A stretch of DNA of 64,000 bases from Candidatus Xenobia bacterium (GTDB lineage Bacteria; Vulcanimicrobiota; Xenobia; Xenobiales; QWHO01). Positions 35,303 to 44,697 of this stretch are shown piece after piece. Below the pieces are notes generated by a model that was given only the letters and a program-made list of their open reading frames with translations, made no database searches and was not told where the DNA came from. The position numbers were made by a program, and so were the translations under genes. Every line of letters begins with the position of its first letter. Position 1 is the first letter of the stretch. Location of the stretch: NCBI GenBank assembly GCA_045863235.1, contig BTUM01000022.1:1-64000 (forward strand). Direction: 5' to 3'.

Positions 35303-36811
35303 TTAGCGACGACCCGCGGTTTGGCCAGAGGTCTCTTGAGCCGTGGCCAGGTCCTGGAGCAGTTGGGTCAGTGCCCGCCGCGCATAGCCCCTCATGGCTT
35401 CGGGGGGCGCCACCACGCGCACTCGGAGCCGTTTCTTGCCGAGATAGGAGAGCAGAACGCGGACCGCGCGGTCTGCCCGAAAGGCGCGCAAGAAGGCCTT
35501 GGATTCCTCGCTCCACAAAGCTCCGAAGCACTCCCAGTAGTCCGGGTCGGGTGGGTTCATCCTGGGCCCACCCTTGAGGCGGGGAGGAAGCGTGCAGGAG
35601 GGCCAGTCATTGCGCGCCAGCCCGCGCAGGAGCGGTGGCAAGGCCGACATCACGGCTCCCTGCTCGAGCCAACTGGCGGCTTCGTTGTAGTGTCGTCTCC
35701 AGTCCCTGTCCGGAAGCTTGCGAAACTGCTCCCGGGCCTCCGAATACCTGCCGGCTCGATGGAGCGCCGAGCCGAGCGCTTCCCGCGCGTGAGTCTCGCT
35801 GCAACGTCTGACCCTTTCAGTAAGCCAGATGCTGGCATCCTCCCAGCGCCCCTGCTCGGCCAACGCTCGGGCCAGTCCGTCCAGAGCGCGCAGGTATCCT
35901 TCGGCGTCCGGATCGCCTGGATGGAAAACCCGCCGACCCATTGGCAGTCGGTGAGAGTCCAGCATACAGGCTTGTCGATAGGCCTTCTCGGCTCCCTTCC
36001 AGCGCGAGTGCCTCGACAACAGGTCGCCTTCCAGTCTCCAGAGGCCTCCATCCCATGGTCTGAGCCGTTGCGCCCGCCGCAAGTGGCTGCGAGCCGACTT
36101 CCAGCTCTGTTCCTCCAATTCCATCGCCAGAGTAAGCTCGCGCTCAACTCCCGCGGATTCTGACGGAGCAATTTCGCCCAGACTCGTCATCAACTCGTTC
36201 AGGTCATTGCCGGCCAGCCGGAGCACTTCCGGGTTGCTCTCCCGGTTGATCAAGCGGCGCACCCTTCCCAACGCGCGTCGAAGAACCGCCACACGAGCGC
36301 CGACTTCTTCGGCGCCTTCCCCCGAGCCAAGATTCGGCGTCGCCCCCAGTTGGTGCCCCCGAGTCCTGACTCTGGTCCCTTCCCTGCTGCTCGGGCTCGA
36401 GCTCGAAATCGACCGCGCACTCGGCTGCGCGCTCGACTTCGCACTCGCACTCGAACTCGCACTCGAACTCGAACTCGCACTCGCACTCGCACTCGCACTC
36501 GAACTCGAACTCGAACTCGAACTCGAACTCGCACTCGCACTCGAACTCGAACTCGAACTCGAACTCGGGATTTGCGTTCTGGATTCTCGTTCCAGCGCTG
36601 TCAGGAACTTCGCGCGCAGGTCTGCCCAGTTGACCTGTACGTTCGAGAATCGAGTCTCGACGCTTTGTCGCAGCTCGTCCCACTGGTTGAGACAGGCCTG
36701 AAGGCCCCCCACTCCGAGGAATCGTTGGACGGTAACGTGACGGACCCGAGTCGAGCCCTCGCGATAGCTGTGCAGTAACAAGAACTGCCGACCGATCTTC
36801 CTCAAGAACAT
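35303..36811 (-). CDS. TPR-containing protein with poly-Ser linker and IS1634-transposase-like N-terminus
   Basis: Start MFLRKIGRQFLLLHSYREG; TPR-like YLRALDGLARALAEQGRWEDA and LGSALHRAGRYSEA; weaker GC3 bias than neighbours. Confidence 0.7.
   Translation of the reverse strand: MFLRKIGRQFLLLHSYREGSTRVRHVTVQRFLGVGGLQACLNQWDELRQSVETRFSNVQVNWADLRAKFLTALERESRTQIPSSSSSSSSSASASSSSSSSSSSSASASASASSSSSASSSASAKSSAQPSARSISSSSPSSREGTRVRTRGHQLGATPNLGSGEGAEEVGARVAVLRRALGRVRRLINRESNPEVLRLAGNDLNELMTSLGEIAPSESAGVERELTLAMELEEQSWKSARSHLRRAQRLRPWDGGLWRLEGDLLSRHSRWKGAEKAYRQACMLDSHRLPMGRRVFHPGDPDAEGYLRALDGLARALAEQGRWEDASIWLTERVRRCSETHAREALGSALHRAGRYSEAREQFRKLPDRDWRRHYNEAASWLEQGAVMSALPPLLRGLARNDWPSCTLPPRLKGGPRMNPPDPDYWECFGALWSEESKAFLRAFRADRAVRVLLSYLGKKRLRVRVVAPPEAMRGYARRALTQLLQDLATAQETSGQTAGRR
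36439..36567. repeat. Hexamer microsatellite (TCGMAC)n, about 21 copies
   Basis: tcgcac/tcgaac units; encodes Ser/Ala on the minus strand. Confidence 0.95.
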
Positions 36812-36820
36812 GCGACAGAG

Positions 36821-36855
36821 TGAGTAGTGATAAGATAGATAATTTTCACTACACA
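36821..36855. promoter_or_regulatory. AT-rich inverted repeat directly upstream of the TPR gene
   Basis: TGAGTAGTGATAA-N9-TTTTCACTACACA; 11/13 arm match. Confidence 0.55.
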
Positions 36856-36891
36856 TTGTTCTGTCCGGGACGATAGTTGACCTCCCGCCGA

Positions 36892-37223
36892 CTGGTAACG
36901 GCCAGCGGGCCCAGATAGGAGCACGGAGGGGCCCAGTGGTCGGTGCACGTTCAAGTTCGGGCCGCCTGGTAACGGCCCGCGGTTCCAGATAGAGGGCACA
37001 GAGAGGCGCAGTGGTCGGTGCAAGTTCAAGATCGGGCCGCCTGGTAGCGGCCAGCGGGTCCAGATAGAGGGCACGGAGAGGGCGCAGTGGTGGGTGCAAG
37101 TTCAAGATCGGGCCGCCTGGTAGCGGCCAGCGGGTCCAGATAGATGACACGGGGAGGACGCAGTGGTGGGTGCAAGTTCAAGATCGGGCCTCCTGGTAGC
37201 GGCCAGCGGGTCCAGATAGAGGG
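36892..37223. repeat. Tandem array of 74-76-bp units (about 4.4 copies), probably non-coding
   Basis: Units start CTGGTA at 36892, 36966, 37041, 37117, 37193. Confidence 0.93.
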
Positions 37224-37328
37224 CTCCGTCGTTCCGAGAGCTCGGCTGGCAAGGTTGTGCTCTGGTGAGAATCCCGTTCGGGACTGGCCTGGAGGTCTTT
37301 CCCCGCCCTGCCAGGAAGCGCCCCTCCC

Positions 37329-38531
37329 ATGATCACCGAAGCCATCATCCGGGCCCTGCCCAAGACCGACCTTCATCTTCACCTCGACGGCTCGCTGCGC
37401 GAGCAAACCCTGATCGAGCTGGCCCGCGAGCGCAAGGTCGCATTGCCCTCCGAGACCGTGGAAGGCCTCAACGAGCTGGTCTTCCGCTCGAGCTACGCCA
37501 ATCTGGCCGAGTACCTGCACGGCTTTCAGTACACCTGCGCCGTGCTGCAGGACAAGGAATCCCTCGAGCGGGTGGCCTGTGAGCTGGCCTGGGACAACAT
37601 CCACGAGGGCGTACGCTACATCGAGGTCCGTTTCGCACCCCAGCTCCACCTCCACGGAGGCCTTTCCTTCCGCGAAGTGCTCGCGGCCGTCGACCGCGGC
37701 CTTCGTCGGGCAAAAGACGAGTATGCAGCCTCTCCCGAGGTAAAAGACCAGGGCCAGCCCCCCTTTCACTACGGCATCATCGTCTGCGCCCTGCGCTTTT
37801 TTACGGCCGGCTTCTCGCGCTGGTACAGCGGACTGTTCGACCTCTTCCCGGGGGCGCCCGAGGAGCATCTCTTTGGACTGGCCTCGCTCGAGCTGGCCCG
37901 CGCCTCGGTGCGGGTGCGAGACGAAGAGGGCCTGCCTATCGTGGCTTTCGATCTGGCGGGGCGCGAGGACGGCTATCCCGCCAGCGACCACCAGCAGGCC
38001 TATGACTACGCCCATCGCCACTTCATGAAGAAGACCGTGCACGCCGGCGAGGCCTATGGCCCGGAGTCCATCTTCCAGGCCATCACCGACCTTCACGCCG
38101 ACCGAATCGGCCACGGCTACCACCTGTTCTCGCCCCAGCTGTGCGGCCCCGCCGTCAGCGACCCGGCTGACTACGTGGCCCGGCTCTCTCGCTACATCGC
38201 CGACCAGCGCATCACCATCGAAGTCTGCATCACTTCCAACCTGCAGACCATGCCCGCCGTCAAGACTGCGCGCGACCACGTCTTCGGGCGCATGCTCAAG
38301 GAGAAGCTGTCGGCCACCCTGTGCACCGACAACCGGCTGGTCAGCCACACCAGCGTGACCCGCGAGGTGCTGACCGCGGTGGAGGCCTTCGGCATGAGCC
38401 TGGACGAGCTCCGCCAGACCATCATCTACGGCTTCAAGCGCAGCTTCTTCCCCGGTCCTTACACCGAACGGCGCCGCTACGTGCGCCAGATTATCGACTA
38501 CTACGACAAGGTGATCGCCCAGGCAAAGTAG
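37329..38531 (+). CDS. add: Adenosine deaminase family protein
   Basis: LPKTDLHLHLDGS, YIEVRFAPQ, FDLAG, TVHAGE, RIGHG, EVCITSN, CTDN. Confidence 0.93.
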   Translation: MITEAIIRALPKTDLHLHLDGSLREQTLIELARERKVALPSETVEGLNELVFRSSYANLAEYLHGFQYTCAVLQDKESLERVACELAWDNIHEGVRYIEVRFAPQLHLHGGLSFREVLAAVDRGLRRAKDEYAASPEVKDQGQPPFHYGIIVCALRFFTAGFSRWYSGLFDLFPGAPEEHLFGLASLELARASVRVRDEEGLPIVAFDLAGREDGYPASDHQQAYDYAHRHFMKKTVHAGEAYGPESIFQAITDLHADRIGHGYHLFSPQLCGPAVSDPADYVARLSRYIADQRITIEVCITSNLQTMPAVKTARDHVFGRMLKEKLSATLCTDNRLVSHTSVTREVLTAVEAFGMSLDELRQTIIYGFKRSFFPGPYTERRRYVRQIIDYYDKVIAQAK

Positions 38532-38763
38532 CCCTCCCCGTGGTTCAGGCCCGTTTCTGACCAGCCTGATCTCCCTGACGCCTGTGCCAGTTCTTCGAGC
38601 CATGCCGAGGATGCAAGCCCGCCCTGCCGATCCGCTGCTGCTGCGTGTCCAACATTTGCCCGCTTCGCTCGGGAATAGGACCCACCACTCCCGGCGCGAA
38701 GGCTGGGGTCGAGTTGTGCGCCAGCACACTTTCTGACCGGCCCGCCCGGGCTATAAAGGGGGC

Positions 38764-39186
38764 ATGAGCATGCGGCGAGGCATCACGCTGATGGAGACCA
38801 TCCTGGCCTTCTTCATCATGGCCGTGGCCTTCGTGGTGCTCTTTGCGGTCTTCTCGGGAGGCTATCGAGCGGCCGTCCAGAGCCGCAACCGGACCGTGGC
38901 CATCCTGTATGCTCAGAGCTTGCTCGAGGAGATTCGGGCTCACCCTTACGGCCAGCCCGCCCCTCAGTCCTGGACGACGCCCGCGGCCCGCCCGGTGGAC
39001 GTGATCGTGGAGGGCCGAAAGCAGCATTACGAGTTCGCCCAGCAGCTCAGCTACGCCAACTCGAGCTTCATCGGGCTGTCGGATCACGACGCCGACGAGG
39101 TGACCATCACCCTGAAGTGGCGCGAGGGCGTGGGCAACAATCCCACTCAGAAAGAGCTCGTCATCAAGACGGCGGTGTGGCGATGA
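38764..39186 (+). CDS. Prepilin-type minor pilin (PilV/GspI-like)
   Basis: MRRG|ITLMETIL; AILYAQSLLEEIR. Confidence 0.82.
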   Translation: MSMRRGITLMETILAFFIMAVAFVVLFAVFSGGYRAAVQSRNRTVAILYAQSLLEEIRAHPYGQPAPQSWTTPAARPVDVIVEGRKQHYEFAQQLSYANSSFIGLSDHDADEVTITLKWREGVGNNPTQKELVIKTAVWR

Positions 39187-39935
39187 AGCGGGGATTCACC
39201 CTGTATGAGCTGCTGGTCGGCTCGGGCATCGCTTTCGCCGCCCTGGCTCTGATCGTCTCGCTCTTCATCATCGGTCGGCGAACCTCAGAGGCTGCCTACT
39301 CCAACTACCTGGTCAGCCGCGACACCGAGAATGGCATCGCCTGGCTGCGCCGCGATCTGCAGAACGCCTCGCTGGCCAGCATCCGGGTCTATCCCGGCCC
39401 GGCCGCCCCCGGGGAACGTCCGGGCCTCTCCCTGGCCAGTTGCGCCCCGCCTGACCAGCCCACCCGGGTGAGTCTCAATCCGCACGGAGTGCCCCGCTGG
39501 TCTTCTCAGGTCTACTACACCCTCGACCCGGTGGACGACAAGACGGGCCGCCTGATGCGCTGGAGCGCCCCCACCCCCGCCGACCAGCTGTTGCCGCTGC
39601 CCTCCGGCACGATGCCCTCCGCGGTCAATGACCCGCGGGTGCTGTTGCACAACGTCCTCTTGCCCAACGTGAGCGTGTTTCAGGGCGGGGATCCGGGCAC
39701 CACCGACGCCCGTGGCGGCTTCCGCGCCCAGTTCGTGCGCAGGGCCGGCGGCGAGGCGGGAGCCGAGTCGCTCTCGGACACCAATCCCTCCCAGGTCTCC
39801 CTGAGCCCCGCGGGTGGTCTGCAGCCCTCCGGCAACACCCGGCTCGTGGAAGTGGAGCTGCGCTTGCTGCACCGCTCCACCACCGGCAAGCCCAGCGTCT
39901 ACGCCATCCGCTTCCGCGTCTGCCCGCGTTACTGA
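39183..39935 (+). CDS. Prepilin-type minor pilin (PilW/GspJ-like)
   Basis: MKRG|FTLYELLV; LRRDL; ATGA overlap. Confidence 0.82.
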   Translation: MKRGFTLYELLVGSGIAFAALALIVSLFIIGRRTSEAAYSNYLVSRDTENGIAWLRRDLQNASLASIRVYPGPAAPGERPGLSLASCAPPDQPTRVSLNPHGVPRWSSQVYYTLDPVDDKTGRLMRWSAPTPADQLLPLPSGTMPSAVNDPRVLLHNVLLPNVSVFQGGDPGTTDARGGFRAQFVRRAGGEAGAESLSDTNPSQVSLSPAGGLQPSGNTRLVEVELRLLHRSTTGKPSVYAIRFRVCPRY

Positions 39936-40101
39936 AAGCGCAGTTCCCGCCGACCGCCTCATGGCAGAACACTCGCGTGGAAGGCGCGACCCTGCTCTTT
40001 TGCGCCGGCATGGGGCGCAGGGTCTAGCCCCCGGTGGGCTTGACCATTTCCGCCAGTCAGGCTATGGATCTTCTTGTCTGACTCTCTGCCGGCACTCAAC
40101 G

Positions 40102-40998
40102 ATGGAACAGTTTCTCTGCGATCTCAAGGGGCCGTCTCCCGCCCACGCGGCGGGACTTGCCGGCATGATGTCGGGGGCGGCGGGAGCGGCTCTGTTCGTC
40201 AAATGCCGATACCGGCCGGCAGAGGATTTCCTGACCGCCCTGAAGGAGCTGGCCGCCAGCGACGGCCCGCTCTTCGCTGAATACCTCCGGGCCCGCCGGG
40301 CCGGGGAGCCCTTCGAGGCGTCGCTCCGAGCGACCGTCGAGAGCCCTCTGCGGGGGGGTGAGATGTGCCTGGAGCTGGCCTCCCGCTTTGGCGCAGCCCG
40401 CCGGGGCTGCCCCAGGTCGATGCTCGGCGACCTCTTCGTCGGTAAACGCCTTTTGCAGGCCTGCGCGGACTGCTGCCATCACCTGGCCGGCATCAACCTC
40501 GAGCTTTGCTCCGAGCCATGGCAAGCTGGCCGCGAGCGGCTCGAGGCTCTGGAGATGGGCCTGAAACGACTCCAAGAGCAGGAGGCTTACGACCGCATTT
40601 TCCAGACCGCCCGCACCGTGGCCGTCGTGGGTATCAGCGACAAGCCGGAGCGGGCCGGCTTCTACGTCCCGCGCTACCTGCGCGGGCGTGGATTCCGCGT
40701 GCTGGGCGTCAATCCCCGGGGGAGCAGTTCCGTGGCTGAGAAAACCGCCCCGACGCTCGGTGGGCTGGGGGAGCCCCTCGACCTGGTGATTTTCTTTCGC
40801 CGCAGCGAGGCGCTGGGTGAGCACCTGGAGGATATCCTCGGCCTGACCCCGTTGCCGCGCACCGCCTGGCTGCAAGAAGGCATCCGCAACGACGATTTCG
40901 CCGGCGCTCTGCGGGCGGTCGGCATGCAGGTGGTGAGCGACCGGTGCGCCATGCTCGAGCACCAGGGCCTTTACCCCGAATCTGACGATATCCCGTGA
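40102..40998 (+). CDS. Cyclodeaminase/cyclohydrolase-like domain fused to CoA-binding (YccU-like) domain
   Basis: N-terminal EQFL..L...SPA..AG....GA.GAAL, D...F, GD..VG, INL; C-terminal VAVVGISDKPER, VNP, FRRSE, WLQEGI, DRC. Confidence 0.75.
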   Translation: MEQFLCDLKGPSPAHAAGLAGMMSGAAGAALFVKCRYRPAEDFLTALKELAASDGPLFAEYLRARRAGEPFEASLRATVESPLRGGEMCLELASRFGAARRGCPRSMLGDLFVGKRLLQACADCCHHLAGINLELCSEPWQAGRERLEALEMGLKRLQEQEAYDRIFQTARTVAVVGISDKPERAGFYVPRYLRGRGFRVLGVNPRGSSSVAEKTAPTLGGLGEPLDLVIFFRRSEALGEHLEDILGLTPLPRTAWLQEGIRNDDFAGALRAVGMQVVSDRCAMLEHQGLYPESDDIP

Positions 40999-41010
40999 AC
41001 GGTTGCGGTC

Positions 41011-41110
41011 TGCCCGGAGTTGCCCGCACATGTGCCTGCAGGTCCGTGCACGTTCCGGGATGTGCCCGGAGTTGCCCGCACATGTGCCTGCATGTCCGTG
41101 CACATTCCCG
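41011..41110. repeat. 52-bp intergenic direct repeat x2 with internal palindromes
   Basis: tgcccggagttgcccgcacatgtgcctgca.gtccgtgcac at 41011 and 41063. Confidence 0.9.
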
Positions 41111-41186
41111 GGGCCGAGCCGATGTCCACGGAGTCCCGGTCCACCGCGCGCGGGAGCCCCGAGCGCCCGGCGCGAAGCCCTGGACC

Positions 41187-42008
41187 ATGCGTTACGCCGT
41201 CGTGGGTCACGTCGAGTGGATCGAGTTCCTGCGCGTCCGGGCAGTGCCGCGCCCGGGTGAGATCGTGCATGCCAGCGCGAGCTGGCAAGAGCCCGGCGGC
41301 GGAGGTGGGGTGGCCGCTGTGCAGATGGCCCGCATGGCCGGGGAGGCCGTCTTCTTTACCGCTCTGGGCGACGACGAGCTGGGCCGGCGCGCTTGCCGCG
41401 AGCTGGAGGCGCTGGGCGTGACCATGCAGGTGGCCTGGCGTCCCGAGCCCCAGCGGCGCGGGGTGACCTACGTGGACGACCAGGGCGAGCGAACCATCAC
41501 CGTGATCGGCCCGCGCCTGGGCCCGAAAGGGGAGGACCCGCTCGACTGGTCCTTGCTGGAAAGCTGTCAGGCCGTCTACTTCACGGCCGGCGACCGGGAC
41601 GCCCTGCTGCACGCCCGCAAAGCACGGGTGCTGGCCTCCACCCCGCGCGTTCTCTCGCAGCTGAGCGGGGTCGAGCTCGACGCCTTGATCGGCAGCGCCA
41701 ACGATGACGGGGAGCGCTTCCAGCCCGAGGCCCTTGACCCCCGCCCGCGCCTGGCGGTGCTGACCGAGGGCGGCGCGGGCGGAAGCTGGTCCACCTCCGA
41801 CGGCCGCAGGGGCCGCTTCGCCGCCTGTCCGCTGCCCGGCCCAGTGGCTGATGCTTACGGCTGCGGAGATACCTTCGCCGCCGCCCTCACCTTTGCTCTG
41901 GGCCAGGGCCTCACGCTGGAAAGAGCCCTGGAGCACGCCGCCCGCCAGGGAGCCATCTGCCTCACCGGCAAGGGCCCCTATTCCGCCCGGGTCACCGGCC
42001 TGAACTGA
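41187..42008 (+). CDS. PfkB family carbohydrate kinase
   Basis: GGGGGVAA, LGDD, GERTI, DAYGCGDTFAA. Confidence 0.9.
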   Translation: MRYAVVGHVEWIEFLRVRAVPRPGEIVHASASWQEPGGGGGVAAVQMARMAGEAVFFTALGDDELGRRACRELEALGVTMQVAWRPEPQRRGVTYVDDQGERTITVIGPRLGPKGEDPLDWSLLESCQAVYFTAGDRDALLHARKARVLASTPRVLSQLSGVELDALIGSANDDGERFQPEALDPRPRLAVLTEGGAGGSWSTSDGRRGRFAACPLPGPVADAYGCGDTFAAALTFALGQGLTLERALEHAARQGAICLTGKGPYSARVTGLN

Positions 42009-42025
42009 CGCCCCTCAAGCAAACC

Positions 42026-42586
42026 TTACCCCTTGAATGGCCGCAGATACTCCAGCGGCACGCTGTCCACCAGCCAGACCCCGTTCTCCGAGCAGTACAG
42101 CTCCATCCCGGCCCCAACCATCGCGCCAGCATCCACCACCAGCACCAGCGGCGTCTCCCGGCGGTGGCGTCGTCCCGTCTCCAGGGCCACTTCGAAGCTG
42201 GCCGACAGGTGCACGAAGTGCCGGTTCATCCTGGAGAGCCCGCCCGTTCGCTGGATGCGCGCCCAGCGTTCTTCGGTGGTGCCGTGGAACAACCGCTCGG
42301 GGGGCGTGCGAGGCGTGCGCTCCACCGCCTCCACAGCCTCGACCGAGTGGCCCTGGTTGGCGCGGATGCGCCCCTCGCGCAGGCTGTAGCGCCCCTTGGC
42401 GTCGGAGGCCACCAGCTCTTGCAACTGTGCGACCGACAGGCAGACCCCACGCCGCTCGGACAGCCGCGCCAGCAAGAGGTCCACCTCCACCCAGCCCTCC
42501 CGGCTGAGCTCGAGCCCCAGCTCCTGGGGTCGGTGGCGGAGAACGTAAGCGAGCAATCGACTGACTCTATCCTTGTTGAGTGTCAT
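42026..42586 (-). CDS. kptA: RNA 2'-phosphotransferase
   Basis: SRLLAYVLRH, KGRY, IRANQGHS, FHGT, VHLS, NGVWL. Confidence 0.95.
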   Translation of the reverse strand: MTLNKDRVSRLLAYVLRHRPQELGLELSREGWVEVDLLLARLSERRGVCLSVAQLQELVASDAKGRYSLREGRIRANQGHSVEAVEAVERTPRTPPERLFHGTTEERWARIQRTGGLSRMNRHFVHLSASFEVALETGRRHRRETPLVLVVDAGAMVGAGMELYCSENGVWLVDSVPLEYLRPFKG

Positions 42587-42678
42587 GTATACACTATAGC
42601 AGGGAGGTCAACTGTAGCCCCGCCCTGGGAGGATCAGAGGGCAGGGGGTTCTGTGCTCGAACTCGTTCCCCGATTGGC

Positions 42679-44496
42679 ATGAACAGTGCCCTGCTCAGGT
42701 CCCAACTGGCTCCGCGCTTCTTGCGCCTGAAGGCAGCTCGCGAGCTCGCTTCTCAGGGGACCCTGGCGTCCCTCAAGCTGGTCGAGGAGGTCTTGCCCCA
42801 GCTTGACGACGAGCTGGTCGATTGCCTGCTCGAGCACTGGCCGGCCTCGGGTCGACACGAGCTCTGCGCCCTTTTGCTCGCCACTCGGCGCGGTCGAGCG
42901 CGGTTGGGACGCCGCTGGGGGGACCCGGTCTGGGTTCTGGCGGGTGCTCGCTCGCTGCTGGAGAGGCCGGCGGAGGGGCTGGCCGAGCAGCTGCTCTCCA
43001 AATCTCTGGATGATCCAGCGCTGAAGGGGCTGGTCCTTCTCGCTGCCGGTCGTCTGGAGGCCTATTGTGAGCTCGACTTCGACGGCACCCTTTTGAAAGG
43101 TCTTCTCGCTCGCGCCTCCCCGGCCTCGCGCTCCTGGCTGCTGCAGATTCTGGCCGGTGCCGGTCGAGGAGAGCTGGTGGCCCGGGCAACCCGCGAAGCT
43201 GACACTCCTCTGGCTTTCCTGAGCGACGAGGACTTCGAACAGCGCATGGACATCCTGGGGGACGGCGAATTGGGCTCGCTCCTGGCGCGCCTCAAAGACT
43301 TGAGGCCGGTGCAGGCCGCCCGGCTGGTCGAGCGCCTCCGTCAGCAAGGCTTCCAGCCCCCACCGGAGCGCGCTGAAGCCTGGGGCACCCTCAGCGTCGT
43401 CCCCATTCCCTCCGTCCGGGTGCTGCGAGGGAGGCTGTCACGACCCACATGGCTGGACATCTTTCCGGACGAGCCGGCCCGGCTGTTGGGCTGCTCGCCG
43501 GACGGGCGCCACCGAGCCTGGGTCAGGGGGTACACGCTGACTTGTCTTGCGAGCGACGGCGAGTGGCAGGTCGACGCCGGCCAGGCAAGCCAGTTGGAGG
43601 TATCCAGGGATGGGGTGATCTGCCTGTGCGATGGTGTGCGAGCCAGGGCCTGGTCGAGAGCGACCCTGCTCTGGGAGTGCTGGGCGAACCGTCTGCTGGC
43701 AGGCCCGGGAGGCGAGCTTGCCCTCTGGACCGACGACGAGCTGTGGCTCTCGAAGTCCGGGGAGCCCCCGACTTTCCGTTGCCAGTTGCCCGATTACGCC
43801 TTGCCAGGAATCTGGTCCTTCTATGCTGACAGCCCCTGGCTTGGGGTAGGACTGAGCACCGGTCAGGTTCTGTGCATCCGAGTCGATGGTGAGGAACGGC
43901 CCCAGGCCGTGGCAGCTCACACGCGACCGGTGCGCCACCTGGAAGGCACTCGGGAGCGGCTGGTGACAGCCTGCGACTTGGAGGTGACCGCCTGGGAATG
44001 CCGAGACGGCGTTCCTGGAGGACTGGAGTTCCTTCAGACCCTGCGCTGCTCGGCTGGTTCGCTGTCCAGCGCTGGGTCCACACTGGCCCTGAGCCAACCG
44101 GGCCGCCTGCTGGTCGTTCGGTCGGGTCGTGAATGGCAGTGCGCGGTCGATGCACGCGCTATCCAGGTCACACGCCTGGGGGTGCTGGGGGCTGACCCAT
44201 CCGGACACCCATTTCTGTGGGACTATCAGCGGGACCGAATGGGCGATCTGGGGGACCCAGGCTTTGCCGTCGAGGCCTGGAGCCCCGGGGGCTGGGCCAT
44301 GGGTGGGGGCCGGGCGGCGCGCATTTCTCCTGTTCCCCTGGCCGATCAGCCGCTGTCTCGTATCCCGATGAAAGCGGTGGAGATGGTGGGGCCCGAGTGC
44401 CTTCCGTTCATGAGCGCAGTGCTGGGCTGGCTGCATCAGTTCAGCATCGAGCTCGGGGAAGCCGAAACGAGCCCCTTCGACATCCTGCTCGACTGA
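42679..44496 (+). CDS. Hypothetical protein: helical N-terminus plus degenerate WD40-like propeller
   Basis: SPDG, AHTRPVRHL, beta-rich middle; C-terminal SIELG...FDILLD. Confidence 0.65.
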   Translation: MNSALLRSQLAPRFLRLKAARELASQGTLASLKLVEEVLPQLDDELVDCLLEHWPASGRHELCALLLATRRGRARLGRRWGDPVWVLAGARSLLERPAEGLAEQLLSKSLDDPALKGLVLLAAGRLEAYCELDFDGTLLKGLLARASPASRSWLLQILAGAGRGELVARATREADTPLAFLSDEDFEQRMDILGDGELGSLLARLKDLRPVQAARLVERLRQQGFQPPPERAEAWGTLSVVPIPSVRVLRGRLSRPTWLDIFPDEPARLLGCSPDGRHRAWVRGYTLTCLASDGEWQVDAGQASQLEVSRDGVICLCDGVRARAWSRATLLWECWANRLLAGPGGELALWTDDELWLSKSGEPPTFRCQLPDYALPGIWSFYADSPWLGVGLSTGQVLCIRVDGEERPQAVAAHTRPVRHLEGTRERLVTACDLEVTAWECRDGVPGGLEFLQTLRCSAGSLSSAGSTLALSQPGRLLVVRSGREWQCAVDARAIQVTRLGVLGADPSGHPFLWDYQRDRMGDLGDPGFAVEAWSPGGWAMGGGRAARISPVPLADQPLSRIPMKAVEMVGPECLPFMSAVLGWLHQFSIELGEAETSPFDILLD

Positions 44497-44697
44497 TCAG
44501 GTCGCGCTTACGGCTTGCGTTGGGGCTCTCGTGACACAAACGTTTCGCAGCCATTGGCGGCGAAGGAGCCTTCCTGGCCTGCTGCTGCAAGCTACGCTGG
44601 AAGTCCGGCCGCAAATCCCCTGTGGTGAGTTAGAGCTACAGCAACCGGAAACCGTGTCAAGTCCCGGCCGTCTACAGGGCTTTCAGCCGAGTCCAGG

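Noticed and set aside
36204..36778. ORFs with poly-EF/EC, RV, RT and EL tracts
   Set aside because: Alternative-frame readings of the hexamer microsatellite
35303..37150. 615-aa ORF starting inside the tandem array
   Set aside because: Array units of 74-76 bp do not keep frame; ATG 36811 gives a more credible N-terminus
36892..37223. CRISPR array
   Set aside because: Variable segments are short and similar to each other rather than unique spacers; no cas genes in the window
35170..37320. Intact insertion sequence
   Set aside because: No DDE/HUH catalytic domain, terminal inverted repeats or target duplication identified by eye
42026..42586. kptA as part of an RNA repair or defence operon
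   Set aside because: No ligase, Rtc or toxin neighbours; standalone kptA is common
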